Source: an uncultured Prevotellaceae bacterium (GTDB lineage Bacteria; Bacteroidota; Bacteroidia; Bacteroidales; Bacteroidaceae). From it: DNA of 64,000 nt. The translations under genes and the position numbers were made by a program. The notes under the pieces were generated by a model, which saw nothing but the letters and a program-made list of their open reading frames with translations, searched no databases and had not been told where the DNA came from. The DNA is taken from positions 1,298 to 65,297 of the forward strand of contig CACXUV010000003.1 in assembly GCA_902770845.1 (NCBI GenBank), read 5' to 3'. Positions 61,956-64,000 of the stretch are shown here, piece by piece. Position 1 is the first letter of the stretch, and every line of letters begins with the position of its first letter.

Positions 61956-63818
61956 CTATATTCCTAATTTCGCATTATACGCACGGAGCGTTTCGAGCTG
62001 GTTAGACTTAACGTGAATGAAGTTCTCAATGCCAGCAGCCTTCAGGTCGTCCATGCAGGCAGGAGCACCAGCCACAACATACATGGCACGGCCATTCAGA
62101 TACTTGAAGGCAGGAATGGCATACTCAGCATACTCGTCGTCGCTGGAACAGATGACCACGATGTCGGCCTTGGCCTGCAAAGCAGCATCTACTCCTTCCT
62201 CAACAGTCTTGAAGCCCAGGTTGTCCATCACCTTGTAGCCGGCAGCAGCAAGGAAGTTGCAAGAGAACTGGGCACGGGCCTGACGCATGGCCAGATTGCC
62301 AATGGTGAGCATGAAGGCAATGGGCTGCTTGGCAGCCTTCTCCGTGGAGAGACGCAGGGTCTCGAACTCGCTGGCCAGACGCTCCTTGTTCAGAACAGCC
62401 TGTCCGCCCTCTTCGTGGCCACAGGCGCAGCAGCACTGCACGGGCTGCTTGCCGTCGCTGGTCTCCGTGAAGTTGGGGAACTGGTTGGTGCCCAGGATGA
62501 ACTCGCGGCGGGTGGCGGCAGCAGCGTGACGCTTGTCGTTGCTGGCGTTCACGGCGTTGGTGATGTTGCCCTTCAGAGCCTCACAGAGGAAGCCGCCTGC
62601 CTCTTCCACGGCGAGGAAAAGCTTCCAGCCTTCCTTTGCCAGTGCATCGGTGAGGTGCTCAATGGTGTAAGAACCGCCTGCCACGTCGACCAACTTGTCG
62701 AAGTGGGCCTCTTCCTTCAGCAGCAGCTGCTGGTTGCGGGCAATGCGCTCAGCAAACTCAGTGGGCTGCTCATAAGGCTTGTCAAACGGTGTGACCACGA
62801 TAGAATCGACATTGGCAATGGCAGCCGACATGGTCTCGGTCTGCGAGCGCAGCAGGTTCACGTAGCTGTCGAACAGTGTCTGATTGTATTCCGAGGTAAC
62901 GGCGCACACGTGCATCTGTCCACAGGTGCAGTTCAGCACCCTGTCGCCCACGAACTGCTTCACGATCTGAGCCCACAGCAGGCGGGCAGCACGGAACTTG
63001 GCAATCTCCATGAAGTAGTTCTCGCTGACGCCCATGTTGAACTTGATGCGCTTGGCAGCCTCGCAAGCATCTACACCAGCCTCGGTGAGCACGTTCAGAT
63101 ACTCGGCGCCCCAAGCCAGTGCATAGCCCAGCTCCTGATAGATGTAGGCTCCTGCATTGTTGAGTGCCACAGAGTTCACGTTGATGCAACGATAGCCGGG
63201 CAGCTCCTTCAGGGCAGCAATCAGCTGAGGAGCAGCCTCAGCACACAGTGCAGAAGTGTCCTTGCCCTTGGTCAGGATTTTCTCGATGGGGTCGAAGTTG
63301 ACAGAGCCCTTCAGTTCTGCCAGGGGGTAGTTGTTCTGCTTGAAGTAATCCACCAGCACGTTGGCCAGTTCCACGCAGTGACGCTGACAGGTCTTGAAGT
63401 TCAGCTCAATATACTGCGGCAGAATGCCCTCGAGCAGTGTGGCCACAAACTCCTTGCTCACCTTGTCGCCAGGAATCGTGAAGCCCAGCGAGTCAACGCC
63501 TTTGTTCAGCACATCGAGCGCCTTGGCATTAGCGGCCTTGGCATCCTCGGCCAAAATGTCCTGGCGCACGAACCACAGATTGTTGTCCTTCTTGTTGCCA
63601 CGCACAAACGGAAACTCGCCTGGCAGCGAATCGACTGCCTTCAGGTCCTTCAAGTCTTCGCGACGGTAGAAGGGCTGCACGTTAAAACCTTCGTTGGTTC
63701 TCCACACAAGTCGCTTCTGGAAGTCGGCCCCTTTCAGGTCTACTTCAATCTTGTCCAGCCACTCTTGCGTGGTGGGCGCAGTGAACTCGGTGAAGAGTTT
63801 TTCTTTAATGTTTGACAT
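61956..63818 (-). CDS. mutA: Methylmalonyl-CoA mutase small subunit
   Basis: LFTEF...W, PGEFPFVRG, YFMEIAKFRAAR, RIARNQQ, GTNQFPN, CSSDDEY; lacks the DxHxxG motif. Confidence 0.95.
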   Translation of the reverse strand: MSNIKEKLFTEFTAPTTQEWLDKIEVDLKGADFQKRLVWRTNEGFNVQPFYRREDLKDLKAVDSLPGEFPFVRGNKKDNNLWFVRQDILAEDAKAANAKALDVLNKGVDSLGFTIPGDKVSKEFVATLLEGILPQYIELNFKTCQRHCVELANVLVDYFKQNNYPLAELKGSVNFDPIEKILTKGKDTSALCAEAAPQLIAALKELPGYRCINVNSVALNNAGAYIYQELGYALAWGAEYLNVLTEAGVDACEAAKRIKFNMGVSENYFMEIAKFRAARLLWAQIVKQFVGDRVLNCTCGQMHVCAVTSEYNQTLFDSYVNLLRSQTETMSAAIANVDSIVVTPFDKPYEQPTEFAERIARNQQLLLKEEAHFDKLVDVAGGSYTIEHLTDALAKEGWKLFLAVEEAGGFLCEALKGNITNAVNASNDKRHAAAATRREFILGTNQFPNFTETSDGKQPVQCCCACGHEEGGQAVLNKERLASEFETLRLSTEKAAKQPIAFMLTIGNLAMRQARAQFSCNFLAAAGYKVMDNLGFKTVEEGVDAALQAKADIVVICSSDDEYAEYAIPAFKYLNGRAMYVVAGAPACMDDLKAAGIENFIHVKSNQLETLRAYNAKLGI

Positions 63819-64000
63819 AGTTTTTATGAGTTATAATAAAAGTTGTTTCAAGCTAAAAAGTATGCAAATATACAAAAGACTTATCAGTTGCACTTGCATA
63901 TTGCACGTTTTTTGCCACACCTTAATGATTTTTAACGGCATCATTCCCATACGGCCAGCATGGGCTGGCGCAGGGAGCGCAATGTCCACTCCGAACGTGC

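Overview
Largely core chromosomal region of a Bacteroidales genome, Prevotella-like by gene content and TAnnTTTG promoters, with about 50 CDS and one tRNA-Ser(CGA). Housekeeping and metabolic genes include manC-gmd-fcl, coaBC, dnaQ-like, dnaN, ftsK-lolA, feoB, pepP, two acyl-CoA ligases, metY, panB, ilvD, yebC, pheT, serS, an NfnAB-type fusion, a TamL/BamA protein and both methylmalonyl-CoA mutase subunits. There are two CAZymes (PL1, GH43) and a small exopolysaccharide group (CapD-like plus two YjbH-like genes). No CRISPR array, prophage, integrase or transposase was seen. The unusual signals are mostly non-coding: (1) a four-helix-bundle gene inside the mutase operon bracketed by mutually complementary 7-8 bp microsatellite arms, with a similar bracket around a DUF5687 + pectate lyase pair; (2) short tandem duplications of gene 3' ends including the stop codon at five genes; (3) a 900-bp integrase-less toxin-antitoxin islet at tRNA-Ser, whose tRNA shows an A19-U56 swap; (4) three unrelated intergenic arrays sharing a 22-bp period; (5) a frameshifted TonB-dependent receptor; (6) a G9 tract at the start of the CapD-like gene. 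All family assignments come from motif recognition, not database searches.
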